From NCBI GenBank assembly GCA_045837725.1, contig JBEWZL010000146.1, forward strand, positions 1 to 64,000: a stretch of 64,000 nt of DNA. The letters run 5' to 3'. Of this stretch, positions 43,821 through 56,405 are shown piece by piece. The DNA is from Vermamoeba vermiformis (taxonomy: Eukaryota). The stretch's first letter is position 1. Every line of letters starts with the position of its first letter. The notes beneath the pieces were generated by a model, which searched no databases, was not told the origin of the DNA, and saw only the letters and a list, made by a program, of their open reading frames with translations. The position numbers and the translations under genes are program-made.

Positions 43821-44272
43821 TTATTCTTCATCATCCTCAGCAGCTTTCTTCTTGGATCCCAACACGGTAATATTAATTCCTACTTGACATTTAACCTCCT
43901 TTCCATCAATATCAAACGATTGTTTGCCTAGGAACACAATATTAAATTGGGTCATTTTTTAATTTAATTTGATCTAAGTTACCGTTCGTGTTCCAGCCAT
44001 ATGAACCAGTATTAAATGCTTTAGCAGTGGCCTTGTATTTTTTACCGTCGATTATTATTTCAATCTCTTTTGCTCCAGCTAAAAAATCTTCTTTCGAGAT
44101 GATCTCCTCCGTTGCTTTCTTTAATATGACATTGAATTCATTAGAACATTTTTATTTGCATTGTAAGATGCATATAAAATCCTACCTTATCTTCTTTATC
44201 AGCTTTGGAATTTTTAGCTTTTTTTGCAGCTCGAGGCGAGTTGTCCTCAGTTTGCTTTCTTTTGCTAGACAT
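43821..44272 (-). CDS. Small basic protein with Lys-rich tail and FNTGSYGW..KCQVGINITVLGSK domain, unknown
   Basis: 3-exon splice model MSSKRKQ..DKEDK|KATEEIISKEDFLAGAK..FNTGSYGWNTN|GKQSFDIDGKEVKCQVGINITVLGSKKKAAEDDEE*. Confidence 0.7.
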
Positions 44273-44847
44273 GACGAGCTGTGCTAACTAGTCAATTTAA
44301 TTGTATTAATTAATGATTACAGTAGATTTTGTGCCCTTTCAAGCCATTTGACGTGCTTGTCAATTTGTGAACTGAGCGCGAGATCAGATCCGAAGTTTCA
44401 CTGAAATCAAACTCATTTATGGATAGTTTAATAATGCTCCCATAATTGCACCGATAATCTTCATGCACCACTATATAATTTCTTCATTTCCAATAGTTTG
44501 ATTTGAGGGCCGGTCCCTCGAAATAAACATTGTAAGTGTCAGCTCCATCTTCAACTAAGCAATTGGTGAAGAGATGTAGTTTTCATAGACAGGTTAATTT
44601 CGTGGACACCTTACTACACACTGCCTATACTATAGGTATGGAGGTTTGCGGGCCCCAATTTTTTTTTTGGATTTGTAATGTTGTCTCAGTCAGTCGGTCA
44701 GACCCGACCTTCATTTCCTAAACAATTTACGTTATGTATTCCCAACGAACCTAAACAAAATCCTGCTGCATATCCAGATCCTTTCGTAGCAGAGCAAGTT
44801 TGGTGTCAACCTTTTTTTTATCTTGTTCAGCAATACACAACGCAACA

Positions 44848-45913
44848 ATGAGCGCACTCGACTTGACTAAATACAAAGTACTTACTTTTGATTGCTATGG
44901 CACGTTAATCGATTGGGAGACGGGCATTAAAAAGGTATAAATTCATTTGAACACATCCGCGAGTGGATCTTACGATATTTTTCTCAAGATAATTTTTTAA
45001 TTTATTCAAATATCTGATTACTCTTAAATACCAAATTTAATATTGTCGCTCTAAATTAAAAAACTGCTGTCCAATTTTTAAATGATCCTTGTGCAGGCAT
45101 TCATGGATGTCGGTTTTGCTGAATCAGAACTCGAAACTGTGCTGGAAAAATTCGGTCAAGTCGAGACTGTGCATCAACAACAAAAGCCAACGGCCCTCTA
45201 TCAACAGATCTTGGCAGATGTCATTAGAGAGATTGGCATTTTCTTTAATAAGGTTAGAAATGCTGTCAAAAGATCTCATTTAACTAATATATGTATATCC
45301 GTATTAGAATTTGACGGAGGACCAAATTGTTCATTTTTCGAAGGCCATCCGCGATTGGCCTGCTTTTATCGACAGTCCTCAAGCCCTCTCTGATCTGCAA
45401 AAGCACTACAAGCTCGTCGTAGTGTCTAATGTCGATCACGAGTCATTTAGCTACTCGCAGAAGAAGCTGATCCAATTTGACAAACTCGTACTGGCTCAAG
45501 ACGTCGTAAGCAGATCTGCTACCCCGCAGCTTTCTTAGAAAATAATCATTAAATGAATAACCTCTTTAGGGCGCTTGGAAGCCATCCACTAAGAACTTCG
45601 AAGTTGCTCTGGCTGCAATCAAAAAAGACTTCGATGTTGATCCCGCTCAGGTCTTGCACGTCTTCCAATCCTTGTACCACGACTGCTTGCCTGCTAAGAA
45701 GATGGGTTTGAATACTGTTTGGATTAACCGAAGAAAGGGCCAAGAAGGTACAAACATCTGTTAGACGATCTGTTACACAAGAAAAAGTTGAATTATAACC
45801 ATTTAATAGGCAATGGTGCTACACCTCCTCCTCCCGAAGGTTCTGATCCTGATCTTGAATTCGCGTCAATGAAAGAATTCGCTTCTGCTGTTCAATCTGC
45901 ATTTTCCAAATAA
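44848..45913 (+). CDS. HAD-superfamily hydrolase, haloacid dehalogenase type II-like
   Basis: [54 protein letters not shown]. Confidence 0.9.
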
Positions 45914-45973
45914 GGAAAGTAATAAATATAGGAGCCCAACACTTCATCGCTATACAAGTTTATTATCGTTACT

Positions 45974-47471
45974 TTACAATGTATTGTATTGAGCCACAAG
46001 TCGCTCAACAGCTTCACGTGCCTCGCTGAACTCGATCTCCTCCATGCCCTCACCAACGTACCAGTGCACGAATGCGCGCTTGGCGTACAAAATGTCAAAC
46101 TTGTGCCCCATGGACTGCAGCATGGATGACACGCTCGTGTGATTGGTCAACATGCACAGCGAGCGATCAGCAACGTTGATTGGTTCGTCATCAAATGTCT
46201 GTGCACTTTTGCGAGCCACGACCCCTTTGAAGCCACGCGGCACACCTTCAACCCAGTTCTTCGTCTTTTTGGTCTTCTTGTCGCCTGGCTGATGTTCGGC
46301 AATTGACTTGCCAATGTCATCGACTGGCACGCCGCCACGATAAATTGACGTGCAGGTGATGTACTTGCCCTTCTCGCGGTCCAATGAGTGCAGTGTGTTG
46401 ACAGGTTGGAATGCAAAGTCAGTCATCTCTGACACCGAGGGAATGGTGGCCCACATGTTGTTGGTGGCGATCAGCGGACTGAGCGACGGTGCCACAAAGT
46501 GTTCCTTGGGATGCAAGACACAGTTCGTGACTAAATGATCGAGACTCCAAGAACTCTCATTGTTTTCAGTGAACCGCATTGCCACTGTCAGCGACGACGC
46601 TACTTGTGCGAGCAGTCTGTTGGCTTGAACATACGAACAATGGGCCTTTTTGCCAGCTGCTTCTGTGTAGGCCTTGTACATGGCCTCGTTGTCGTACATA
46701 ATGCACAGCGAGCCAAACTGCAACAGGGACGGCATGCTCAGCACACTGTTGTACGCCTCAACGACTGTCGTGCTCAACTTGGGTGAGGGCATGAGCGTGT
46801 GATTGATGAACTTGGTCTTCGGGAACTCGTCGCGCAACTTCTGCATGAGTCCTGCTGTGAATCCAGACCCGCAGCCACCACTAATGGCGTGTGTGAAATT
46901 GAAGCCTTGAAGGTTTTCACAGCCCTCTGCGATTGCTTGGATGCGCTCAAAGGCCTTATCAAGCACATCAGTGGCGGCATAATATCGTCCTCGTGCAAAT
47001 AGATTGGATGTGTCGTCTTTGCCTTTGATTAAATTCATCTTGTTGAATGACTTGCCTAATTTGGTGCGTTGAATATCATCTATCACTGTCGCATCCATGT
47101 CAATAAAGACTGCGCGGGGTACGTATCTGGATCCAACAAATAAATATTTAAGTACTGATTTACATTGATTTTAACCTAATGCTTACACTCCACTGTTGGC
47201 TCTAACAAAGGAAACAGATTCATTTTCACCTCCTGCCATGATAAATTGAGATTTTTGACCATCAGCTGTGATCTCGTGCTCCTTAAATAATCTGATGCAT
47301 AATATAGTTAATTACTAAACTTAAATCGTCCATCTGTAAACGGGAATTCAAAAATAAATAAAATTTAATTTTGATAATTTAAATTAATACTTACAGCTCC
47401 CACATTGCGAGCCCCGATTGAACACCAGCCTGGCCAAGATGAATATTTATTATTTCTCTTCTATCTTCCAT
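45974..47471 (-). CDS. Highly divergent alpha-type tubulin
   Basis: REIINIHLGQAGVQ, YVPRAVFIDM, FARG, SGGCGSG, VVEAYNSVL, DNEA, KFDILYAKRAFVHWYVGEGMEE.EFSEARE. Confidence 0.9.
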
Positions 47472-47763
47472 TTTCTGCGCAGGTACAGATCTTCAAGACT
47501 AATCCGTTGCAAGTCGCCTCTCACAATAAAGAATAGAAATTGTTATCACCACCTGTGAGGTAGTGTTGACTTTTCGTTAGTAATATACCAAATGAAGAAA
47601 ACGTTTTTCTTTTTTTGCTCCTTTTGAAATTTCCCAAACATGTCGAAAAAGCGCGATCTCAAACTAAATTAACTAAATTTTACCGCAAGTGTACTTGAAC
47701 ACACAAGAGATAACATACATTGATTAGAGTGTTCCATATAAGAACCTGGTCGAATATTGTTAG

Positions 47764-49666
47764 ATGTCGTACTGGAGATGCGAGCTTTGTGATATAGGAG
47801 TGCCGTCTTCTTACCAAAAAGAACAACATTTAGCGGGCTCTAAACACGCGGCGAGTTTAGAATATTTCAATAATAAGAACAGATCTGCCCTTATCGCCAA
47901 TACTATTTTGAACCGAGGAAGCAGCGCATCGCTACGGTAAGCACTATATAAATTAAATATTATTTAAGCTCGTTACCACGTCAATTATTTTCATTAGCTT
48001 TTTTAAAATTAGAATAATGTGGTTTCTGATCGCGCCATTTTTTAAAACGGTCAGATCTGGATTCACGCAGCATTTTGTCTTGAAAAATACTTTATTTATC
48101 ATAACGAGCGAGGAATTTAACATATTGACATATTTAACTTATTTGGTCACCAGAACTTTCAAACTCTTGTACGCACGCGACACATCCACAGCGATTACCA
48201 AGGCAGTGGCTGATTTGAAACCTCGCGTCAAAGAACGATTCAAAACTACAATAACTGTTGCTTTCGACGATGACACTCAGCGCATCCACTTTTTATTCCC
48301 TTACGATGCTGATTTTATGAACTTGGTGAAGACTCATATTCAAGTAAGTGCTTATTGTGCTATATATAGCTATTATTGAGTCTAATTAGCGCTTTTCAGG
48401 GTCGTACATGGAACTCAATTTACCGACGCTGGGAGGCACCTGTAACCTCTGCTGGTGGTAAGTGACACGTGTCAAACAGCCGTCAAATCGATCGATCGCA
48501 CGGAGCTCTGACCTGTCACATATAGATGTCATTACATTGTGCAAAGCCCTCGATATAGCGTTGCCAACAGAGCTGGAATCGATGACCACACAACAACGTG
48601 AAATCATTATTACAGTGGCTGATGGCGATGACCGAGCTCAAGTTGATTTCACATATGATGCTGCAGTAGTGTTGGCTATTAAGAAGTTAAATCCGATCAA
48701 TCGCAATTATCACGACACTGGGGACAAGAAATTTTGGACCGTCGATGTGACATGTTTGTCAGATCTAGTACATCATTTGTTAGAGGACTTAAAAGGTATG
48801 AATACCTCACTCCCATTGCATCTAATACTAATTTATCAACAGATCTAAAGATTCCAAAAGAACTGATCGAGGTCATGAAGGAGATTGAGGAGAAGTTAAA
48901 CAGCTTTGAAAACAAAGAGAACAACACTAATCTGCTCAACACTAATGAACCATCGCCCAAGAAACACAAGCCAAACACATCAACCAGCGATCAGTCGCTT
49001 GGTTTTACGATAGATCTGACAGGCGACACAGATGTCAGTACAATTGTCAACATAATCAACAAGTCTGGTTACAACATGAATGTCAGACATGAGACCTCTC
49101 CTGCTACACCCGTGCCGAATCCAATCAAACCTGTCGACGCTGGATCTAACCCATCCAGTTCAGACAGCTCAAGCGAGACCTCGCCAGTATCAAGCCCCTT
49201 TGGTTTTAGCGGTGCTAACCTTAGTCCGCTCAAACGAAAGCTCAGTGAATTAACTACAAGTAGTCCCAGCAAATTCAACACACCGTTCTTCGATGAGACC
49301 AGCGGAAGAATTAAATGGCCTGAATGCGCGGAGTGTGGCAAACCTAAAGACCCTAAAAAACAGCATCACTGTCGATTCTTTGGTCAATACAAGTGCAACA
49401 AGTGTGGTCACACGTGGGCTAGTGCCTATGCTTGGAAAGGTACGCTCTCATTGCCATAAAAGGAAATTCGACTAATATTCAATTTATTAGGTGAGAAGCA
49501 AGAGTGTCGCGATTGCTTTACGATGACGAGTCCGTATCAATTGTCAAAATTGCAGAAAAGACCCGACGACGATCTCGATTCCTTTTTTGGCCGTGGTCCG
49601 CACGAGTCATCTTTATGTTCAATGTGTAAAAAGTTAGGAAGACCTTGTAACTATTCGTTGTACTAA
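47764..49666 (+). CDS. U1/matrin-type C2H2 ZnF + two HARP-like domains + 3CxxC (ZCCHC24/ZAR1-type) zinc domain
   Basis: WRCELCDI..QKEQHLAGSKH; FPYDADFMNLVK..GRTWNSIYRRW; FTYDAAVVLAIKKL..RNYH..KFWTV; FGQYKCNKCGHTWASAYAW..QECRDC..HESSLCSMCKKLGRPC. Confidence 0.72.
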
Positions 49667-49754
49667 AACTATATTGTAATTAAATTTGTTTATATCTACA
49701 ATTGCTTTTGTGATTAAAAGAACCAAAAGGTTTAAAATTTTAGATCGAATCCGT

Positions 49755-52036
49755 TTATCTGAAGCCGCCAAAATTGAACGAGAACTGTTGACCTCCGAAT
49801 GGGAATCCATGGAAACCATGCTGTTGTTGTGGCTGTTCGTCCAAGTCCTCACCTCTGTCGTACTTGTCCCTCTTTTCTTGATCTGATAACACTTCGTACG
49901 CTGCATTGATCTCGTTGAACATTTCTTCGGCATTGTCAGCGTCCTTATTCTACAAAACGTTATTAAACAATGCTTATTGGGAATCCACTAACTGCTACTA
50001 ACCTTGTCCGGGTGATACTTGAGCGCGAGTTTTCTGAACGATCGCTTGATCTCAGCGAGAGAGGCAGTTTTAGGCACTTCAAGGATCTTATAGTAATCTT
50101 TTCTCTTCGCCATTTTCAACAATCTCTGTGCGCGTCTCATGCCGTCATGTGCTTCGTGGCTTTGTTGGTTGAACTCCATGGCCTTTTGGAAGTCACGTGT
50201 CGCTATTACCAAATAAGGTAAGTCAATGGCACGTTAACAATCAAATAATAGACAAGACTAACGTACCTTCTTCATAGGATTCACGAAGAATATTAGCTTC
50301 TCCACGCTCAATATAGGCGTCAAAGTTGTTGCCGTCAAGTTCAATAGCCTTGCTACATGCTTGATGTGCCTCATTGGCTTCCTTCATCTACAATACAGAA
50401 CAAGTTAATAATTGTTCTGGTGATAATAATCGAGCAGCTCTACTTACCTTATTGTGTGCCTTGCATTTGAAGACATAGAGCTTGGGCATAATGAAGTCCA
50501 AGTCAGGGTCGTACGCGAGACATTTGTCAATTTGATCGAGAGCCTCTTTGCCCTTGCGCTGATTGATCAATTGCTCTGCCTCGTTCAATGAGCGTTGGAA
50601 GCTCGAAAATTGCTACGTAGAATTGGTTAGTATTGCTTTAAATATTTGCACTAAAACTTTTTCTAGTCGTACCTTGTTCTCAGTCTTGCACTTTTCAAAA
50701 TCAGAATCGAACTTCAAGCACTCCTTCAAGTACCTAAAGGAATCGTTAGTACTACTGAAAATATAATTTTATGAGCCTTACTTTGCGGCCGATTCAAATT
50801 CACCAGTGCGAATGTAACCCTTGGCACGCAAATAAATAGCTTCGAGATTGCTAGGTGTCAGTTTGAGCAAACGACTATATTAATAATAATGTTAATAGTG
50901 ATTATTAACCCATTAAAGTATGACGTCATATACGCACTAAGTATCATCCATCAAAGCTGAATAGTTCTTGGCTTTCAATTGGATCTTGGCTCGCAGAACT
51001 AACAATGACTAGAACAAGATTAATAACTATATTATATGCATATTATATGCTTCATACTTGAACGCTAGGAGCCAATTTCAAAGCCTTGTCGAGTGAGTCC
51101 AGAGCACTCTTCAAATTATTTTCAGCGTATTGTTTCTCAGCGTCAGCAACGAGTGTTTCAAGTTGAGTAATACGATCGCTCTAATAACTATATTAATAAC
51201 TATATTCTTTTTGTTATTGTATGTATAACTCTATCTTACCAATTTCTTGCCTTGAGCGTTGTCTGGTTTAATTTTGAACAAAGCTTTCAGATCCTCTTTA
51301 GCTTCGCTGAATCGACCGAGATCGGAGTATAACTCCGCTCGTCTCGTCAATGCCTAATAATATTGCTTAATAAAGGAACGATAAGCAAGCAAGAAGAATT
51401 ATTGACACGTGGCAGATCTACTGGTAGTAACTCATGTGCAGCGATAATAACCGTATAAATTACCTGATAAAAGTCAGGATTGATGCTCAATGCCTGATTC
51501 AAGTCATATAAAGCCTCGCGGACTTTTTGACGGTAGATGTAATAAGCTGCGCGTCCAAAGTAGGCTCTGGTGTTCATTGAATCGACTTCAATAGCCTTGC
51601 TATAATGTTGCTCGGCCTTATCATATTGTTTCATAATCATAAATTCATCACCAAGCTTTTTGTACTCGTCTGAAGTTTTTCCATCTGAAACAAGAAAGAG
51701 CGGTTAAGTTTAGGTGCTAATAAATATTATAAAAAATACATAATTAATATGGCGAAATATTAGGATGATATACTATCGATAATAAATCGAATTAAATCAA
51801 GAAGTAAATTTGGTGACGTCACAACACAGATCACAGCATTACAAACCAATTGCTGCGCCGTAGCAAGTACACGTGTATAATATAAATTGCATAATGTCTC
51901 AAATATTATTTTAAATAAAAACAAAGATAAGATACTGATCACAAAATCTACCTTCGATCGCCGTCACAAAGCTGAGCAGAAGGCCTAATACAGCTCCAAA
52001 CAATAATATTGATCGACTTGTATTAGTGCGTGCCAT
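49755..52036 (-). CDS. DNAJC3: ER-lumenal TPR + J-domain co-chaperone (P58IPK-like)
   Basis: Signal peptide, TPR repeats, [28 protein letters not shown]. Confidence 0.88.
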
Positions 52037-52492
52037 GTGAGGTTCCCTCTGTAAAACAAATACGACAAAGAGAAGCACAAAACCTTCAACACAAAATAAC
52101 AGCCTGATTTTTCCGCTCTTGGCTCAAATCAACCAAAATATCTTCGAACGAACCAAAAAAAAAGATATTTGCTCAGCAGAGTTAATAAAATTTAGTTTAT
52201 TGTTTTAAAAACAATTTAATTTGTTGTTGCGGATGTGCTGTTTTGTACAATTAGATCAACTGACGTTGCTGTTCCAATGATGAATCTCTAATTAAAACAT
52301 GTTGTCGTTGAGCAGCAGATGATAAGGGCTCGGAAGAGAGGCGTGAGAAAGTTGCAGTTAAATTGAAAAAATCGTTAAAAGTGATGAGGTTGCTATTGTT
52401 GCGCGAGTTTGTGTTTGCTATTCTGTAGTATTTCCAGGTCCTATTCTCAGTGTCCTCCAATCCACTGTAGACCCAATCCATAATCAAGGCGA

Positions 52493-53426
52493 TTAATTTA
52501 TCACATTGGGCGTTAGCGTCATTCCAGTGCGTAGATGCACCGTGTGAGTCATTGCCGTTGGCAGTGAATGGGATTGAGCAGGTGTTGCTGTGACAGCCCA
52601 GTCCATCACGGTGCCCAACCAGGCCCAGCGAGGGACGTGATTGGCCGCAGAGAACTCCTCTTCCTCTTGACCCAAGCCAACAGGACTCACGGCACCACGA
52701 GCAGGCCACACTGCAACGCCCTTCTTGACTCCAGCCCAGTCCACGAGGAACACAGGCATGTCCTCTTGCGCCACACTTGATTGGATTGAGCGCTCTTGCG
52801 CGACTTCCTCGAGCAAGTCTTCGTCTAAACCAGATTCGTCCTCGGTCGTTCTCTGCTTGGGTTGGGGCTGAGAGCGCAATGCATGCTCCTCTTGAATCAT
52901 GTCCTCGGGCAAGTTTCCCAACCAGACTTTACGAGTGGTCAACGAATATCTAAGACAGAAAATTAGCTCGCAATTTCACAAACGAAATTGAAAAAATGAA
53001 AGAATATTCTAGATCGTACAAAATACATCCGGATATGAATAATAATACTTCAATATCGCTACTGTAGTGCGGGGATATTTTTTGTAAATGAAATAACGAG
53101 TGTAGAATAAATACTGAATTTTTCTTATTTTTTCGGTGATCTTCTACTTACTTTGGAATGATAAAGCTAGGAGAGTAAACACCCAAATATTTATATTCAC
53201 GCTGTGCCTTGCGAGTCCATCGTTGTGCGGCTTCGTTGATGGTTGATCCATAAGCCAGGATTTTGGTGAAAGGACAGAAGGCGGCATATCCAGTTGGATT
53301 GTTGACATCGTCAATTGGTAAGAAGAGAACTTGCCATATGATCTTGTCAGCAGCTCCAGCTGAGATCTCCTTGGGAGAAATGGCCAAGGCCTTGCGGATG
53401 TCCTCAACAGTTGCGAATGCGTTCAT
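52493..53426 (-). CDS. Unknown protein with HicB-like N-terminal motif
   Basis: Two exons joined by a GT-AG intron (IPK|YSLTTRK); WQVLF..GYAAFCPFTKILAYGSTINEAAQRW resembles HicB Y-x-A-x-x-P..G-x-T-x-x-EA. Confidence 0.6.
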
Positions 53427-53719
53427 TGTGTTTTGTGTAAGAAAAATAGATATAGAAACGGGCGGTTGTTTTGTTATTCGGTGATCGAAATAAAGAGAAA
53501 AAAGACGAAACCAATTATAAAATTTATTCGTTTCAGCGCACGTTCCGAGTTTTTTATCAAAATGTTAGGCGTTCAGAGAATTCCTGACAAAACGAAAAAA
53601 AACATCTTTTTTCTTCATTCATATCAACCAAACCGATCAAGCAATAACAAGCCACACCGAGGCCTTGTTGTGATAACCACTACACAAAACGAAACCGAAA
53701 CCAACCAGATTTAACAAAA

Positions 53720-54723
53720 ATGTCTCAGTCTTTCGCAATACAACGAAGCAGCCAGCAGCGTCATCATCAACGACAGCATTTTGTCGTTAAGAGCCAACAG
53801 CAGCAGCGGGTTTCCCTTCTTCGATCCCGCTCCATGCATTCCTACCAGCGATTGGTTTTGCAGTGCGCAGACGAGGAATCCGAGGCCAGCGCCGATCGCG
53901 AAGGCGAGAACGGACCTATTTGCGAACACAGTGAACACCGTGAGCGTCTCGAGCACACTTGGGAAACAGGGAAGCCTCGCTCCTTTAGAAGTTGTTCCCC
54001 AAGTCTCGAGTCAAACTACATCCCGAAAGCCTTGTGCTTACATTGTTAAGCAAGGCTACACCATCGAGCAGCCCCTGATGCAAACTTCTAAGTTGTGGAG
54101 TTTGTTGAAGGACGAGAAGAGAAAGAACGAGCCTGCTTTGATGACTAACCACTTCGTGGCCAAGACCAAGATGCAGGGATTCAAATTCTCTGAGGGAGGC
54201 TCGAAGATCATGAACTTGCCCAACGTAAGTACTAAATTTCCGGATTTTTCTTTCTATCAACAGAAGAATTAATTCTTTGCCCATCTAGGCTGGAGGATCT
54301 TCTGAGGCTTCAGAGGTCATGTCCTTCGAATTGTTGGCTGATATGTTCAACGCCAAGTTGCTCTTCACCGAAATGGAGTTGAACTACGGACCTGGTAGCA
54401 AAATCACCGACTTCTCCGTGCAAATCCAAGGCGAGACTGTCGGAGTGTCCGTTACGCGAGCCATGAAGTTCAGGGGCACTTTCACTTTGGAGGACGCCAC
54501 CAAGCTCTTGGAGAAGAAAATGATGGGAGTCATCATGTCTACTCAAGGTGTCAGCCGAAGCCAGCGATGGGGCCGACAGATCTTGCACGTGTGGGTTGAG
54601 AAGGCTTATATGGCCGACTTGATCGTGCAGGCCTACGAGCAGTTGAGCGACGAGATCAAGAGCAACACCGCCGTGATGGTTACTACTGTCTCCAACGCCG
54701 AGTGGTTGTTCTATGCTTATTAA
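53720..54723 (+). CDS. AAC4-family protein (predicted restriction-endonuclease-like fold); 5' frame join uncertain
   Basis: PN|AGGSSEASEVMSFELL..LLFTEMEL.Y..SKITDF..GVSVTRAM..LLEKK..W.RQILHVW. Confidence 0.8.
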
Positions 54724-54954
54724 TTAGGCCACAAACCACTCACTCGATCTGCTGTAAAATTGTACACTAGCCAAAAATCAAGTGCGTTAATAAATAATAC
54801 TATTAATGCCACGCATTGTGAATTGTCTTACAGATTTTCATCTCGCTTCTGTAGCATGCGCACCTCGTGAAACCGCCAACATTTTTTCCGGTTTTGTAGC
54901 TCGTTGTTTTTCGTCATTTTTTAGTTTTAAATTGACAATAACGCAGACGTTGCT

Positions 54955-55434
54955 ATGAATAAGTTCTTTCTTTTTTCAGCCGCTCTTCTGTGGCTTACCT
55001 ATGCTTGGTCACCCGTCGAGGCGCAGACTGATAGATGCGCTCAGTACACTACCAACAGGACTTGTCTCAGCGACGGAGGTTGTGGATGTACTTATTTGAT
55101 TTGCAACAGTAGAGCGTAAGGTCCTTTCTATCGAGCGATTTAAGGAATATTACATATTTTTTAAGTAAAAATTAAAGCTGTAATTACCTTAGACTCACAA
55201 CGTTGCAGGAGCTGCGTTGCTGCTAATGAGACTACTGGAAGACCTTTGAATATGCCCAAGTGCACTAGCTCTCAATGGTGGTACATTTGCGCGGGTAATG
55301 ATGACGATCAGAACGAGACTCCCGCTGTTAAGGCTATTCTCATCGTTTTATCCTGTGCCATCATCATCGGTGCTGGCGTTGGTGCATATATCTGGTACAG
55401 AGCTCGAAGAAGAAGATACGCTACCGTCGTGTAA
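54955..55434 (+). CDS. Small type I membrane protein with Cys-rich PSI/PTTG1IP-like ectodomain, copy 1
   Basis: Signal peptide, CAQYTTNRTCL..CGCTYLIC..SC..C..WYIC, TM helix, RRRRYATVV tail. Confidence 0.7.
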
Positions 55435-55666
55435 GCGATCGAGGTTTTAGCTAAAACCTAAAAAAAATCAATTAAAAAGATTAATCGCCGTTCAATGGTA
55501 TTAAATTGATGTCCTATGCTTACGTAAACATGAACAGCTCTAATATTTCGATTATCTTGATTCATTCCGATGTGATCGCCTTTGCTAGTACAATTTCTCG
55601 TTTCGTTTTTTTCTTGTATTTACGCTGTGCGAAAGAAACAAACCACAACATTATGTTAAGGTAGCA

Positions 55667-56137
55667 ATGAACATACTTACGCTATTGTATTCGATTGTTA
55701 TACTGTTCACCTACCTTTGGTCACCAGTACTCGCTGTGGAAAATGGATGCGGCCAGTACAAGACCAATGAGACTTGCCTGGCTCAAGGAAGCTGCAATTG
55801 TGCATTTATAATATGTAACGGAACCTCGTAAGCTTAAAATCTCAATCAGCAGTAACGTAGATAACTATACTTACGAATGCGCGGTTGTTTTCTATTTAGA
55901 TCTTGTGTGGCTTCAAATAACGGCATTCCTGTAAATATTATGAAGACTTGTGTTGGTAATAACGCGGCGTGGTATAATTGCACGACTAATACACCGGTGC
56001 AAGCGCCTCCATCTGCAGGCAGTGAATATTATTTGTTTGTGCTCTTCTTAATATTCGGAGTGACTCTAATTGTAGCTGCTGGTGCGTGTGTATTTGTAGT
56101 AATTAGGCGTAAAAAACGAAATTACGCCAAGATTTAA
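55667..56137 (+). CDS. Small type I membrane protein with Cys-rich PSI/PTTG1IP-like ectodomain, copy 2
   Basis: Signal peptide, CGQYKTNETCL..CNCAFIIC..SC..C..WYNC, TM helix, RKKRNYAKI tail; same intron position as copy 1. Confidence 0.7.
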
Positions 56138-56405
56138 AAAAAATAAATATCGAATCTGACCGTTGCAATTTGAAATGTGTGTATTCCGTCCCGAGGTAGG
56201 ACCGGGTTATATTGGTAGCGGACAGAGCAATACGACGATAAATACACTATCGGCAGCTGCGGGACTGCATTGTGTTTGGGACTGGTTGTGTTCAAAGGTA
56301 ATTTAGAAAATGTCTATTTTATCCAATAAAATTCTTACTCCTGTTGAGGAGACAATAATTGTATTTTAATATTATAGTTTATGTATTTATAGATTCAAGT
56401 ATAGA

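Noticed and set aside
44205-44230. Suspected frameshift in the A-run of the small basic gene
   Set aside because: Recount gives seven A's, so the frame reads AAKKAKNSK without a break
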